This document shows positions 25,917 through 39,790 of a stretch of 64,000 bases of DNA, piece after piece (within the stretch, counting starts at the first letter, position 1; each line of letters begins with the position of its first letter). The DNA comes from Octopus vulgaris (taxonomy: Eukaryota). The DNA lies in contig OX597819.1 of the NCBI GenBank assembly GCA_951406725.2, positions 39,742,001 through 39,806,000 of the forward strand, given 5' to 3'. Made by a program: the position numbers and the translations under genes. The notes under the pieces were generated by a model. It saw only the letters and a program-made list of their open reading frames with translations, made no database searches and was not told the origin of the DNA.

Positions 25917-26612
25917 TGAATGAACTTGTCTCGACTAATTTTTTTAAAATATGCTATTTATTCACTATTCACTACTCATCACTCTTTCACCAAGTACCAT
26001 GAAGTCTACACTTTGTTGAGGAGGTCTAATAAGACAAGAACACACTCGTAGTTGTCTTCTTCGCTACGCAAGTGTTTCAATTTAGACACGATCTAATTAA
26101 AACGAAACCTGTTGTTTTTGATTACCAGAATGAGTACCGCGTGACTCCCTGATTACCATGAGTGGATGCATCTTCTCTACCTTTCTACAAAGGTACCTTT
26201 CTGTAAAGGTACCTTTCTATAGAGCACGATATAGAAGTCAGAGTAATCTCGAATATAATAAGAAAAGAAATACAGAATAACAATAGATAAAATTGACCTT
26301 AATTAAATCAATGAATCAAAATGATATTGGTGGCACCAAAAAATAAAAAGTGCAACCGAATTAAAACCCAACCAACCAACTTGATATTGCTGTATGAGGC
26401 CACAAAATATAAGCATGCTTTGTCGTGGAATTCCGCTGCCCGTTTGATATGAAGGAGGTAAGAAAAGTGCATGCGAAAGATGACATCTGTGGGTTATTAA
26501 TCTAGAAATCCATTGCCCAAGACACAATTTCAGCTTTCAATCTGTTATTATTATTGGAGCGAAAGAATATGTAGCGACCCAGATAGATGAAGTTGTAGCT
26601 GAACTTGGATTC

Positions 26613-26661
<49 letters not shown>

Positions 26662-27559
26662 TAGCTTCATAATTCTTACACTGCAGATGATCATGGTGAA
26701 AGTTTGAAAAGCGCTTCTAAGAGTTTAAAGGATGAATAGCTGGACAAAGGATGACGAACAGAAGAAAAAACCCTACATTCTGCAACACTCTTTAAACAAA
26801 GGACAATCTAGATAATGTATAATGAGATATACTAGACGTGATGGTCATGGCTATAATACCTTTGATAAGAGATCTGCTGAATTGCAGTTGAGCTGCGGTT
26901 GAACATCAAAATAGCAGGTAAATCTCCCTCGATTGCCTGTTTTTTCCAACAGATGTCAAATCGCAACTATTGAAGAACATTAACTGCGACTATCTCAACG
27001 ATGTTTGAGGGCCTGGATTAGTCTTCCTTCCTTCAGAGCAAACCAATAAAATGATAAACTGCAACTGTTTAGTGAACGCAATCTCTCTCTCTCTTTAAAA
27101 CCAGGGTTGAATTGAGGCAAGACAATAAGATTACTGTATGTTATTAATTACTTCTCACTATCTCAGGTTATTCTATTGAAATGATTTCAGTAAGAACAAT
27201 AACGACAACAACAACAAAAACAACAACAACGACAACAACGACAACGACGACACAAACAACAATTACAAACGAAACAGTAATTAGAACTGGTCGGAACTGG
27301 AACAGACTTCCTTTCACCGAAGATACTTCCTGCCACTGTCATGGCTTAACAGAAAAATGTTGACAGGGGAGAATATCAGTGAAGAACATAAATTTATGAA
27401 TGAGATTTAATATATCTATTAAACTTATTATATACATATACTACTATGTATTATATTTATTATACAACTATGCAGAAGGTTTGCTATCTTCTTCAAAAGC
27501 ATCGTAGTGAAATAGTTTAGTTCCCAAAAAGCTCAAAATAATAGGATATACTCTATATT

Positions 27560-28125
27560 TTGATTAAACCTTATATGTACAGGTTAAGTTGACAGATTTG
27601 TTTCCTCGCGGTACAAAATGCTTATCGACATTTATTCAGACTCTTATTGTTCTGAATTCAAATGTCGCTGATGTCCACTTTGCCTTTCAACCTGTTGGGG
27701 TCGATAAAATAAGTACAATTTGAGCCCTGCGATCATTGTAATCAACTTAGTACCTTCCCTAAAATAGCTGCCCTTTGTGCCAAAATTTGAAACCATTATT
27801 TGTAAAGATAAAGGTGGTGAACTGGCAGAATCGTTAGCACGCCGAGTATTTCATCTGCCACTATGTTCTGAGTTCAAATTCCGCCGAGGTCGACTTTGCC
27901 TTTCATCCTTTCGGGGCCGATAAATTAAGTACCTCTTGTGTACAGGGGTCGATGTAATCGACTATCCCCCCAACCCCAGCTTCAGACTTTATGCCTATAA
28001 CAGAAAGGATTATTTGTAAAGATAAAAGCGGCGAGCTGGCAGAATCGTTACCGCCTCGGACAAAATGCATTGCAGTTTTTCTTCCGTCTTAACGTTCTGA
28101 GTTCAAACGCTTCTGGGGTTAATTA
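27560..28125 (+). mobile_element. Cluster of three head-to-tail family-2 SINEs
   Basis: A degenerate copy at ~27560-27795, a younger copy at 27813-28008 flanked by the 18-bp direct repeat attatttgtaaagataaa, and a partial copy at 28027-28125. Confidence 0.75.
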
Positions 28126-28588
28126 CTATTATTTTTTGTTCGTCGTAACAGTAGAAGCAACAACAATTGTAACCTCTACAGCAACGTTATAACAACGACC
28201 CCTATAAGGACAACAATCATTACAGAACAATTACATCAACAATTTAAACAACGGCGTGGTTAGGATTTATCAATGCTCTTCTATATATTTCATAATTTAC
28301 TTGTTATCGTCGGAAGGGACCGAAAGTTTTCTGGCACCTCTCAATAGTCTATGTATGTGTAGCAATATTGCTATCCTCACTGTTTGAGAAAAACTTTAGG
28401 AATGATCTCGTTTGAAATTACAGCCATCTTTGGCTAGTTTAACCCTGTTGTGTCCACTGATCTGATTGGTTAGCATCTAGCGCGGTCTGTCTCTCTACTT
28501 ATTTCGCGCCAGTGTGTAAACTGACCAATCACGACTTTCGGATCGGATCTTTCAATTAAGCCATCTTCACTCCTTAAATACGCTAGTA

Positions 28589-28902
28589 TTTTCACGATAC
28601 ATCGTGGTCCTTTGCTATTCGTAAGACCCGCAGAAGAGAAAGCAGGTCACCCCCGCCCCCGATGAATGCGCATCCAGGCTCAGCAGTTGCGTAGAAAGTA
28701 GGGGACAAGAAACAGGAAGAAAGAGTGCGAGAAAGTTGGGGCGAAAGAGTACAACAGGGGTCGCCACCACCTCCTGTCGGAGCATCGTGGATCTTTAGGT
28801 ATTTTCGCTCAATAAACACACACACGCCCAGTCTGGGAATCGAAACCGCGATCCTCCGACCGCGAGTCCGCTGCCCTAAACACTGAGCCATTGCGCCTCC
28901 AC
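28589..28902 (-). mobile_element. SINE family 3, tail type B
   Basis: Same head and body as 25581-25916 but an unrelated tail (tttcacgatacatcgtggtcc...). Confidence 0.85.
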
Positions 28903-29005
28903 ACTATTCATAATTTTTATTTTATTATTCTCTTTTCTTTCTTTTTTTCATTTCGGTTCTTTTTTCCCTAGCTTCTTACTTTTATTCCATCCCACCATTT
29001 TTTCA

Positions 29006-29292
29006 ACGTCTCCTGTTTGTCAATTGATAAAATGACAGTCACTGCACACATGTCCTATTTGTCCATCCATAGGATAAAGGCCGAGATTGTAAACATGCAC
29101 AACTTGTCCTCTCACAGAGTGATGACAACAGCGCCCTTCATCTTGTTAGAGAATGTTGAGACGGTGCTGTTCTCATCATCTTGTGAGTGAACAAGTTGTG
29201 CATGTATACAACCTCTGTCTTTATCCTATGGATAGACAAATAGGACATATGTACAGTGTCTGTCATTCTATGAATAGACAAACAGGAAACGT
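29006..29292. repeat. Fold-back / MITE-like inverted repeat with ~130-bp arms
   Basis: acgtctcctgtttgtc...tgtcctatttgtccatccataggataaa...catgcacaacttgt pairs with acaagttgtgcatg...tttatcctatggatagacaaataggaca...gacaaacaggaaacgt. Confidence 0.85.
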
Positions 29293-29603
29293 ACGAGTGC
29301 AGTCACTATTAACATTCATGTAGATCAGAAGTTCAAAATGTCTCCGGCCACTTCCCCCCCCCCTATCCCTTGCAATCATCAATTTTTTTATTCCTCCCCT
29401 CATTTTTAATTATATCTAGTAATTTTATTCACCATTATATTTTTTACAGGGGCAAAAATTGTAACAGTTTATAAAGCTTTTTTTGTTTTCTTAAGTGCCA
29501 TCAATTGAACATTTTTCGGTGGTGTATTTTCCCGATAAGTGATTTAAACTGAAATTGTGTGTAGAAACGTATAAACAAGTACAGCGTGGGTGACACGTAT
29601 TAG

Positions 29604-29820
29604 CCATTGAAAAGCACGAAAAGACTGATAACTTCAATTAAGTATCTATTATTTGGTGTCAACATTTTCATCGCACTAACTGCGACCTGGTCACTGACGC
29701 GACTCCACTGCATCTGGAACAATGTCAGTGACTAGGTCGCAATTTGTGCACCGAAAAATTTGACCACAAGTAATAAATGTTTAAGTAAAGTTATTAGTCT
29801 TTGCACGTTTTTTAAAGGAT
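29604..29820. mobile_element. Diverged Penelope-like fold-back with G3-C8 hammerhead-like motifs reading outward from the centre
   Basis: Minus strand 29657-29698: gtca-GTGACCA-G-GTCGC agttagt GCGAT-GAAA-ATG-T-TGAC. Plus strand 29723-29764: tgtca-GTGACTA-G-GTCGC aatttgt GCACC-GAAA-AAT-T-TGAC. Confidence 0.65.
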
Positions 29821-30019
29821 CGTAAAACTTCCATTCGATGTATTGCCCAAATATATTATTGGGAAGGAGGAAAGCACTTCCTTACTGTGTCATCCAAAAA
29901 ATCTGGTAAGAATATATAAAATGTTATAAATTTTCATTGGTTTACGCTAAATGATTTATTTATTTATTTTTATTATTATGTGAAAATTCACAGCTTATTT
30001 TGCTGGGTATAATGGAAAG

Positions 30020-30820
30020 TATCAGTTGTCCACAGCCAGCAGACTACGGGGACACTTGTTTACTGGTCATGATTCAAGAACTCTGCGAAGAATTCTTGCA
30101 GTTCCAAGCAATAATTATTTTTGTAGGTGTTCTACCTTCACACTTGCACCAATCTTTTTAGCCAAGTTGGTAGTTAAGTGCTGATACTTCCAAGTGCACC
30201 AATTACTATTGGTATCACGTCTACTCTCCTCATTGACCACAACCTTCGTATTTCCCACTTCAAATCGTCATAGTTGTTTATTTTTTTCTTCTTTCACATT
30301 GATCATGTTGTCACCGGAGCATGCTATGTCGATTATCGTACATGTTCTTTCTTTTTTTTTCACCACAACAATGTCCAGTTTCCGATGTCTGGTCAGGTGA
30401 TCGCACTGGATCATTGCATCCCACAGGATTTTGTAATTCTCATTTTCAGTGACTCCTGCAGTTTTCTCATACCACGTCTTAGCTCTTTGTAGGCCGTGAT
30501 TTCCACAGAGCTCCCAATGGATCATTCTTGTCACATTATCACGGCGTCTTTTATATTCGCATTGTGCCACTTTCGGGCATTCGCTAACGATGTTCCATAC
30601 CGTTTCACCCCTCTCCCCACACATTCTGCATTTGCTGCTGTCGGTAGTGTTGTCTATTCTGCACTTCACATAGTTGGTCCTTAACGCTTGTTCTTGAGCT
30701 GCGCATATGAATACTTATGCTTCTATCTTCATGTCTTTCCTCCTCATCCATAATCACCGGTCCTCTATATCTGTCTTCACGTTCACATCTTTTGCAAACT
30801 CACCATACGTTTTTTTCCTT
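30020..30820 (-). mobile_element. R4/Dong-like non-LTR retrotransposon 3' fragment (CCHC knuckle and restriction-like endonuclease), decayed
   Basis: ICAAQEQALRTNY, CRMCGERGETVWNIVSEC (degenerate CCHC), KILWD..IQCDH...RKLDIVVV...IIDIA (RLE PD..D region) and C-terminal LLGTARILRRVL. Frameshifts and stops are present. Confidence 0.85.
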
Positions 30821-31351
30821 TTAGTTGAAAAGCACAACTTTTATTGTTACTAGAACCATGCTGGGTGTTTGTTTATTTACAATCAGGAGAGTCCTAGTCA
30901 AAACTCCGTAAGCTTTGAGCCTAAAATAATACAAAGATATATCTAAAAAATATATGATATGTCTCTGCTACTTTTAATTTGTTTAATTTATTGTTGTGTC
31001 TTAAATGTAGAATTGAACTTAATTGCCCTATCCTCAAATTTAATTAATTTCTCGAAAGTAACTTTTACCCCACGAGGTACAATCACATTCCCCCTCTCTA
31101 ATTCTTATTGCTGCTGCTGCTGTTGTCGTTGTTGTTGCTGTTGTTGTTGTCGTCGTCGTTTCAGTTAACCGTGAAGCAAGTATTGTCCCAGAATATATTA
31201 CCAATATACCCTGCCAATTCCGGATTTGTCAGTTGTGATACTGGACATCATGTCCATTGTCATATCCAGGCCACTGGTCAACGACAACATATAATATATA
31301 AAGTAAGAAAAATGTCACCCAAAAATATTAACATTAGCATAGAATCCAAAA

Positions 31352-31402
<51 letters not shown>

Positions 31403-31444
31403 ACAACATACACATATGCATATATATAAAGAGAGAGAGTGGTT

Positions 31445-31568
31445 GTATACTGTCAACTTAACGTGACAGTCCTGTAAGGGAGTTACACCACCGCTGTTTA
31501 GCCCTAGGAAGCATCGACGCTTCCTGTCGGCCTTGACACATTTCCTGTGTCCTTATATATTTACGAAG
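31445..31568. other. Multi-stem structured repeat element, copy A
   Basis: Stems ACTGTCA/TGACAGT, AGGAAGC/GCTTCCT and GACACA/TGTGTC. Homologous to 54037-54162. Confidence 0.55.
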
Positions 31569-31690
31569 GGGAGACAAATACCCATATATATATATTTGGG
31601 AACATGTGTGTATTTGTGGGTATCTCTCTCTATACATAGGTACATATGTCTATGTGTGTATATATGAGTAATATTTAATAATTTCATTGA

Positions 31691-31735
31691 GGATGACTTT
31701 GAACTCTCGCCAGAAGTTGGCCTTATCAGACTTCC
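31691..31735 (-). ncRNA. Degenerate hammerhead-like motif
   Basis: The minus strand reads ggaagt-CTGATAA-G-GCCA acttc TGGC-GAGA-gttcaaag-TC-atcc. Two core substitutions make it probably inactive. Confidence 0.4.
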
Positions 31736-31921
31736 AGCATGATGTGATTACTGTCAATCCATATAAAAACACGTGACTCTACACTTCCAGTGAGTCCTTC
31801 ATTTCAGTTGATATTCACATATTTCATACACACGCGCGCACACACACACACATATATACACATGTATATATACCGGTACCTCTTTCTTCCTACATACATA
31901 AATACAAATATACATGAACAT

Positions 31922-32028
<107 letters not shown>

Positions 32029-32630
32029 ATGTGTGTGTACGTGTGTATGTGTGTATGTATGCATGTGCGTGTTGAGTATATGTATCTATATATGTACACA
32101 CTTAATGTGTGCGAATATGCGTGAGTACGGAAAGATAGTGAGAGAGAGAAGAGAGAGTGAAAGAGAGAGTTGGAAGGAGGAGGTGTGAGAGGAGCTGGGG
32201 ACTACTTTACACTTGTAATAAATATATATATTTTACACTTAGGTACTGTAGTAAGTAGATAGTAGTAACATATCTATTTTATTTTATTAATATTTTATTA
32301 GCAGAAAAGATACTAATACTTTATTGTCGTATAACTTCGAGAGCCAATATAGATATTTATACTTTTAATTATAGTTGCTTAACTGTTTCCCATTAAATAC
32401 GCGCTTGTATAGTACTTTGTATAATAGTACACATGCTCCATTTAACAAAGAAAAAAAAGAATAGTTACTAGTGTGATAGCCAGCAAAATAGTCTTTCATT
32501 TCTTCATTCCTTTTTAATGTTACTTCTGGCATCAGGTGTATTACATATGGAATATATATATATATATATAAATTTAAATAATAAGGGTAGAAATTGATCT
32601 TAATCAATTATGTTACATACAAAATTAATT

Positions 32631-32701
<71 letters not shown>

Positions 32702-32706
32702 GTATG

Positions 32707-32771
<65 letters not shown>

Positions 32772-35483
32772 CTCATGCATTAACAAAATTTATTATTACT
32801 GTTCTATACCACAGAGTAAGACAAATCGATTTTAGCCAACACTATAACTAATAGACAGATATAAGCATCCTGTTTTTTTACACTGTATATAAACCTAAAA
32901 GGAGTGAAAGCTGGACTAGCTTTAGTTCTTTATTCGAATTCTGAGAAGTACCTTGCACATGTGTGTGTGCGTGTATATGTGTATGTATATATGTGTTTGT
33001 ATATGTGTGTGTATTTGTGCGCCCTTGTATATGTATATGTACACGCGGTGGGTGCTGTGTATGCTACGAATCTAGTAATGATAAATTGAAATAGATCGTG
33101 AGAACAATTATCGGAAAAGGACAAAAGAGAAGCATGGAAATCCTTTCATCAGCCATGGAGACCACAGTCAAGCATAGTTTCGGTGCATATTGGAATTCCG
33201 AAAACTTTGAATTCCATGGCGCTTCTAATCGGGTTCCACTAGTGATAATGGGACTATCAATGATCACTGAGGTAAAGGACAAAGAAACAAGAACTAATGG
33301 TGAGGAAAACAATATACAAATGAGGTGGTAGATTAGAGACAGAAATAATTAATATAATACGGAAGATGTGTGTGTGTACGCATACACAAGCTCGCATACA
33401 CATATTTATAAGCATTTGTCTAAAATTAAACTGCATATATACAAATGATACTCCAAACGCAAGCTTAATAAAGAAAGTAAAATGTCCCTCGATTGCTGTA
33501 CTTTTTAAGATTTTGAGAACCTTTTGTTGAAACTATTTTTTACTAATATCTGGACTGATTTTAAGGAATCTATGTTTTCCAACTCCTTGTATTGCATATA
33601 TGACAAGCCTTCGTATTCATAATATAGTTGTACTGAATTGCTTGCCACTATGAATTCTAATCAATTCACTCAGCCCTAATAATAATTATTCAGTCATGAA
33701 TTCCCTTTTCATCCTTTTATGATATGTCTTCTAATTTGATCAATTGTACTGCATAAATTTCAACTTAACCTCTCTGAGTTTCGGTCCTAGCTTAAAAGTT
33801 CGACCATTTGCGTTTAAGATTAATCATTCAATATTTGTGACTTAATCACTATCAATACAAATAATGAAAGACGTTGGTGTCACGTTACGTCACACAAAAT
33901 GAGATAACTCTGCTTTCATCGGACTTATCTTCTTTGGGTCTACAGAAACTAAAGTGTTCCCAGTCCTATGACAAGAAATGTTGGTAACAAACTTTCGTCA
34001 CTGGAGGTAATAATGTTACAATTGTAATTATCTAATAGTTAAATACTATTATGATTATTTATAACATATATTTATTATAAATTTATAATGAAAACTAGTA
34101 ATCATGTTATCTTTTGTAAATACCACGAAATTTTGAAACATGTAAAATTAAAATTATTATATCTAAGTAAAATCTTCTGACGTTATCCACAGTGACAAAA
34201 GTATATTTCCAACATTACATATTACATTTCTTGTAAACATTCTAATTTTCTAATCTTATCAATAAATCCATGTAGTTTTGTTTTATTTTTTCATTGAGTT
34301 TATCTTAAATCTAAACATTCACAAATATTATTGAAGATCTCGTCTTCGTCGGCTGTTTCTCGTGTACAAGAATTTGATGTTCTTTCTATCAAAGTAAATA
34401 CCAGCCACAAGAAATGTCAATAGTGTAGGTTTGTATTTGTTTACAGTGACTCTCAACTTGCAGGAAGTGATTTATTCGCAATCGTTTCAGGTCTTTCTTC
34501 TAGGAAACATGTAAAATGAGACAAGTAGTATTAGGTGATGAGATTGCAACGGACTCTACAGCTGACTTAGTTGTAGTCTTCAGTGGGGTCTTCTAAGACA
34601 GAACATCCGGTGTCATCTTCTTCCACCAGTACAAACGTCATTCAAGTCAGCCATTGTTGTCCAGACGTGCTTCCTTCGTCTTGAACAATATTAGTCATGG
34701 TCAGTCTGAGTTCTCTTCTTCGACGTTACCACCATACGTTGCTCTAACTGGAATATTAGATTCCCGACGGTATTGCACTCAGAGTGACTGGAACACGCAA
34801 GTCTTCCCCCATGAGGTTCATTTCGTTGCTATAATATTCGATAAATTTGTTAGCCAACACTGAGTGTTACGGACAAATGCAGGCATTGCGTCTATAAAAC
34901 ATGTTCGTAGATATAAAAAAAGAGTGAACAGTTTTGTATACGTCTCGATTCTTGTTAATATAATCATAAACAACTGCGTACCCTCCTTAACTACTTACAA
35001 ACATCATAAACATAACTACTTACTTCTTATACACCATTTCTAGTATATATCAAAATAAGTTTTTAGTTATATCCGTTTTACTCTTTAGCCATCCTAAACT
35101 ACCCAACCATTTTAACTGTAGTCATTCAACAACAATTACCTATCAACCCCTCTCACCACAGCTATTAGATCAATCTTCTTGACAATATTACTTTAGAGCT
35201 CTCTACTTGATATACAGTTTTACATAGTTTTTCATTACAATGTGTGTGTCATGGTTGCTGTTTGTATGCCACTGTTCATTTTACGATAAATTAAACATAG
35301 ACGTCCGCAATGAGTGTTACACGTATCTCCTCAATAACAACGATCTATCTAGCTAGCTAGCTACCTATCTAGCTATTTAGCTGTCACCCTCTGTCTCTCT
35401 CTCTCTCTCCACCCTCTCTCTATTATAATAGAGTTGCAATTGCAACGGTTACTAATCGGTGCTGTTGAAACATGTGTAGATCT

Positions 35484-35783
35484 ATGTCACCGTCACCGTC
35501 ACCGACCAGGCTATCAGATGTTGCTACACATCGCTGGTCACAATGTGCTTCGCATTGTTTTAGCCCTCAAATGACGCCACCTCGCTGGCTAAGCGGGCAG
35601 GCCAACAGAAGAAAGAGTGAGAGAAAGATGTGGCGAAAGAGTACAGCAGGGATCGCCACCACCCCCTGCCGGAGCCTCGTGGAGCTTTAGGTGTTTTCAC
35701 TCAATAAATACTCACAACACCCGGTCTGGGAATCGAAACCGCGATCCTACGACCGCGAGTCCGCTGCCCTAACCACTGTGCCA
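35484..35783 (-). mobile_element. SINE family 3, tail type C
   Basis: Family-3 head and body. The tail (accgaccaggctatcagatgttgctacacatcgctggtcacaatg) is shared with 53701-53900 and, inverted, with ~51190-51285. Confidence 0.85.
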
Positions 35784-35883
35784 GTGTAGGTCTATGTAAA
35801 ACTCTCTATATATATATAAAGAATTAAAGGTAATTCTATGCCACTTCATAATGTTCCTCAAAATATTGTTAGACAGCCGTTAG

Positions 35884-35950
35884 ACAGTTCCCTGGGTTTT
35901 CGACTTGTGCAGCAGTATATCCTTTGCGACATGTAAGTCCTCAAGGCTGT
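35884..35950 (-). ncRNA. Degenerate hammerhead-like motif
   Basis: The minus strand reads acagc-CTTGA-G-GACTT...AAGTC-GAAA-acccaggg-aa-ctgt. The core lacks two nucleotides relative to CTGATGA. Confidence 0.35.
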
Positions 35951-36376
35951 GACAAACACAAAGAAGATGCCATGGGGAGCATGGGGTATTCTGAGGGGTT
36001 GTGATTCTCCTCAGAGATAAAATATTTATCCAGGTACAATTATTCTATTTTTAAGACATTTTCGAAAAAGAAAAAATGAAAAAAAGAAATAGAATTCTTG
36101 GTTGGAATTAGAATTTCCATAGAATGTTTTGTTATCAATGAGCAGAAACATGATTGATGATGCACTAAGGTCCCAATATTTCCTCGTTATATATACATCT
36201 AATATAATTTCGTTAAATATGTCCAATATAATTTATTGCATGCCCTCACCTTCTTCAGTAGTATCCATAAAAGCTTAACATATTGGCCAACATAAATACT
36301 TAAAGAGAGATGTATAAGAAAATATGGTTAAGTCAGTGTGCAAGATAAGCTATTTGATTGAAATAATTAGATGGGA

Positions 36377-36421
<45 letters not shown>

Positions 36422-36474
36422 CATTATTATTATTATTATCATCATTATCATTATTATTATTATTATTTTTATTA

Positions 36475-36525
<51 letters not shown>

Positions 36526-36905
36526 GTTTGGCTGGTACTTTGTGTTTGTACAAGTTGACTCCAAGTTTCACCAAGAGACCTCAAGAGACATGTTAGAAGT
36601 TCAACTTGGTGTTATGACTAGAGTGTCATATATTTGGTTTTGCACGGAGTATTGTTCTAGAGAATGTCTGTCAAAATATAAGTTAATCAGAAGTTTGTAA
36701 TTAAAAGAAATTTGGTTATGAAATGATAGTTTGATGTTAAGATTACAGTGAAAGGTGTTTGCTGCAATCTAAAAGCAAGCACCTAAAAGTATTTTGACAT
36801 CGTTTACGGATTAAAATATTTTTGAATTTACATATACAACATTTTACGTAGGAGTACTATTTTTTTAATTTCTCGCCTTTTTGGATTTCCTGGTATCCGA
36901 GCTAG

Positions 36906-36964
<59 letters not shown>

Positions 36965-37102
36965 GAGTTCAAATTCGGCCGAAGTCGACTTTGCCCGTCA
37001 TCCTTTCGGGTCGATGAAATAAGTACCAGTTATGCACGGGGGTTGATATAATCGACTATCCCCATTGCCCCAAAATTTTCAATGCCTAGTGCCTAGAGTA
37101 GA

Positions 37103-37214
<112 letters not shown>

Positions 37215-37652
37215 GTTGTTGTTGTTATTGTTATTGTTACTACTACTACTACTACTACTATTATGGCAGAAAGGTGTAGGCTGTTTGTAAAATAGCATAC
37301 ACTGAGGTGGTTTGATACTGACCTACATAGGTTGGCAACTTGACATAGAAAAATACAATTTCTCTTGCAAAACATATGACAACATGCTCTCCTCTTACGC
37401 CTCCAGTTCTTATTTATTTATTTATTTATCTTTCTATATATTTATTTGCTAATTTCTGTATGTTTTAAAGTCTTCGGAAATTCATTTTTATATCAGACTA
37501 CACTGACGTAAACTTTTGAGTATGTTATGCAGTAGTATGGGAATATTTGTATGTGTATGTGTAAACATATTGTACGCGTGTGTATTGTGTGTATATGTAG
37601 TCAATGTTTGTACAAATGAGTGTACATATTTCTGTATGCGTGTATGTATGTG

Positions 37653-38211
37653 CGAGGGGTGTATGAAAAGTCTTGAGCCTCAAAAAAAAAAAAACATGGT
37701 ACAAGACTTCTGATGAAGGTACAAGACTTCAAGGTTCGGATCTTTTCGGTTTGAACGGTAGTTTTTAACATAATTTCTAGGTAACTAAAAAATTTTAAAC
37801 TTCGTATACTGGTAGAATGTGTTTATAGAACATCTTTTTCTCTTGGCTTTATTGAGAAAATTCTATAGTTTGTAAGATATTTCTTGTTTTTTTTTTCTTC
37901 AGTTTCTGCAATTTCAACCAATCACTGACATCCATTGAGGTAAAAGGCATTTTGTGCCGTATGAATATGTCCCTCGTTTAAGAAACAGATTGGGTTTATT
38001 TACATTTGTGAAGAAAAAAGATACCCTTCCCCCACCCCTAACCCTAACTAACCCTAACCCTAAAAAAGATTGAAATGCAATAGATCGAATCTAGGGTCAT
38101 AATTATGGGTGACAATTTAATATGACACCGCTAGAAAAAACTGCCGTTCAAACCGAAAAGATCCCAAGGTTCAAAGTCCTTGAAGGCTCAAAACTTTTCA
38201 TACACCCCTCG
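37653..38211. mobile_element. Mariner-like MITE hosting a nested Merlin-like MITE
   Basis: Outer TIRs CGAGGGGTGTATGAAAAGTCTTGAGCCT / AGGCTCAAAACTTTTCATACACCCCTCG. Confidence 0.8.
37738..38164. mobile_element. Merlin-like MITE with internal (CCCTAA)n, second copy
   Basis: TIRs GGATCTTTTCGGTTTGAACGG / CCGTTCAAACCGAAAAGATCC. Perfect 8-bp TSD CAAGGTTC (37730-37737 and 38165-38172). Colinear with 8409-8843. Confidence 0.9.
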
Positions 38212-38903
38212 CATCTATATATGCTTTATGCACGTATATATGTATTTATGCGTGTTTGTATGTATGCCTGAATGTGTATGAATTCCTATAAGTGGGGGAG
38301 AGAGCGACACCATTTATACTTTAGTACCAAAGAAATTATAAGAATACCAAAGTTAATTCTGATAGAAGAGAACAAGAAACATACTGGATTTTTTTATGGA
38401 AGAATCCTAGACTACATTGTCCAATATGCTCTTATTTTCTTTTATCTATTTATTTTTTTCATCTTTGGTTGGGGGAATTTGGCTGTCATTTCTAGCAGTC
38501 GAACCGTCGCGTCGCCGAGAATTTCATCGTCAGTGTGATAAAGTAGTTTCGGTTGTGGTAGTGGGAGTTGTGATGATACTGGAGCAGGAGGTGATGGCGG
38601 TAAAGGTTTATTACGGTGGAATATTGATGGCGGTAATAGTTACAGCATAGACTGGTCGAAGAGAATAAGGACAAACGGTAAGAAGGTAGAAGAGGCGAGG
38701 TTGCGAGATGGAGAAGGAGGAAGAGGAGGAGGTGCAAGACGGAGAGTAAGGGGAGGAGGCAGAAGGTAAACAGAGTCATGCAGCATCAGTCTACAATCGC
38801 TACTACCAAGTTCGTTTCTGGAGAGGCGTTGTAAACAGAAGGAGAGAGGCAATAGCATAGCATAAATAAATGATTATATATGTGTATAATTATATATATA
38901 TAT

Positions 38904-38934
<31 letters not shown>

Positions 38935-39067
38935 TAGTGGTGGGGGAATCTACGTCAATTTTTCTTTTGGTTGCAAGAACACCGCCTTCGGTCGATCGAC
39001 CGAACATATTGACACACCGCTTTTTATTTATACAAAATTCTACTTTTCAAGCTTACATGTATATATA

Positions 39068-39383
39068 CGCGTAGGTGTGGTTATGTGGTAATAAGCTTAC
39101 TTCTCAACCACAGGGCTCCGGGTTCAGTCCCACTGTGTGACTTTGTGCCTGTGTTTGTCCCACATCTCCGCTTGACAACCGGTGTTGGTGTGTTTACGTC
39201 CCTGTAACTTAGTGGTTTAGCAAAAGAGACCAATACAATAAGTACTAGGCTTTATAAAATATAAGTAGATTTGTCCGACTAAAACCCTTCAAAGCAGTGC
39301 TCCAGCATGGCTACAGTCTAATGAATGAAACAAGAAAAAGAGTGAAAGAACATGTATGCATGCATGTATGTGTGTGTGTATAG

Positions 39384-39421
<38 letters not shown>

Positions 39422-39550
39422 ATATGTATATGTAGGCTTAGGAGTGGCTGTGTGGTAAGTAGCTTGCTTACCAACATGGTTCCGGGTTCAGTCCCACTGA
39501 GTGACATATTGTTAGTGGATTTGCTAGGGGGAAACTGAAAGAAGCCCGTC

Positions 39551-39553
<3 letters not shown>
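39068..39553 (+). mobile_element. Two family-1 SINE copies (39068-39348 internally deleted; 39434-39553 5' part)
   Basis: Heads gtggttatgtggtaataagcttac...gggttcagtcccactg and gtggctgtgtggtaagtagcttgc. Tail gcagtgctccagcatggctacagtc. Confidence 0.8.
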
Positions 39554-39592
<39 letters not shown>

Positions 39593-39693
39593 TTCATACA
39601 TACATAGACATACATACGTATATATACATATTCAATCATATATTATATTAGAAAAAGGAAAGAACTTTCCTTTAACACCTGAAATGTAAGATC

Positions 39694-39790
39694 TCTTCAC
39701 TGAAGACGCAGGCTCGTCTGATCCTATGATGGAATCAATCTACGAACTTATTTTGGACCATCGAGCTCCCAGAAACAGCTGTTGGATTTG
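39694..39790 (+). ncRNA. Hammerhead-like motif with an extended stem II
   Basis: CTGAAGA (39700-06) ... GGCTCG/CGAGCT ... GAAA-CAGCTG-TT, with a palindromic ACAGCTGT stem III. Confidence 0.45.

Noticed and set aside
33098-33331. 77-aa ORF, and a minus-strand permuted hammerhead (GAAAC...GTC...CTGATGA)
   Set aside because: The ORF has no recognisable homology or splice signals. Stems II and III of the motif are weak and mostly G-U, compatible with chance.
34480-34860. Possible minus-strand RTE RT remnant
   Set aside because: Too degenerate (many stops, no intact motif) to support.
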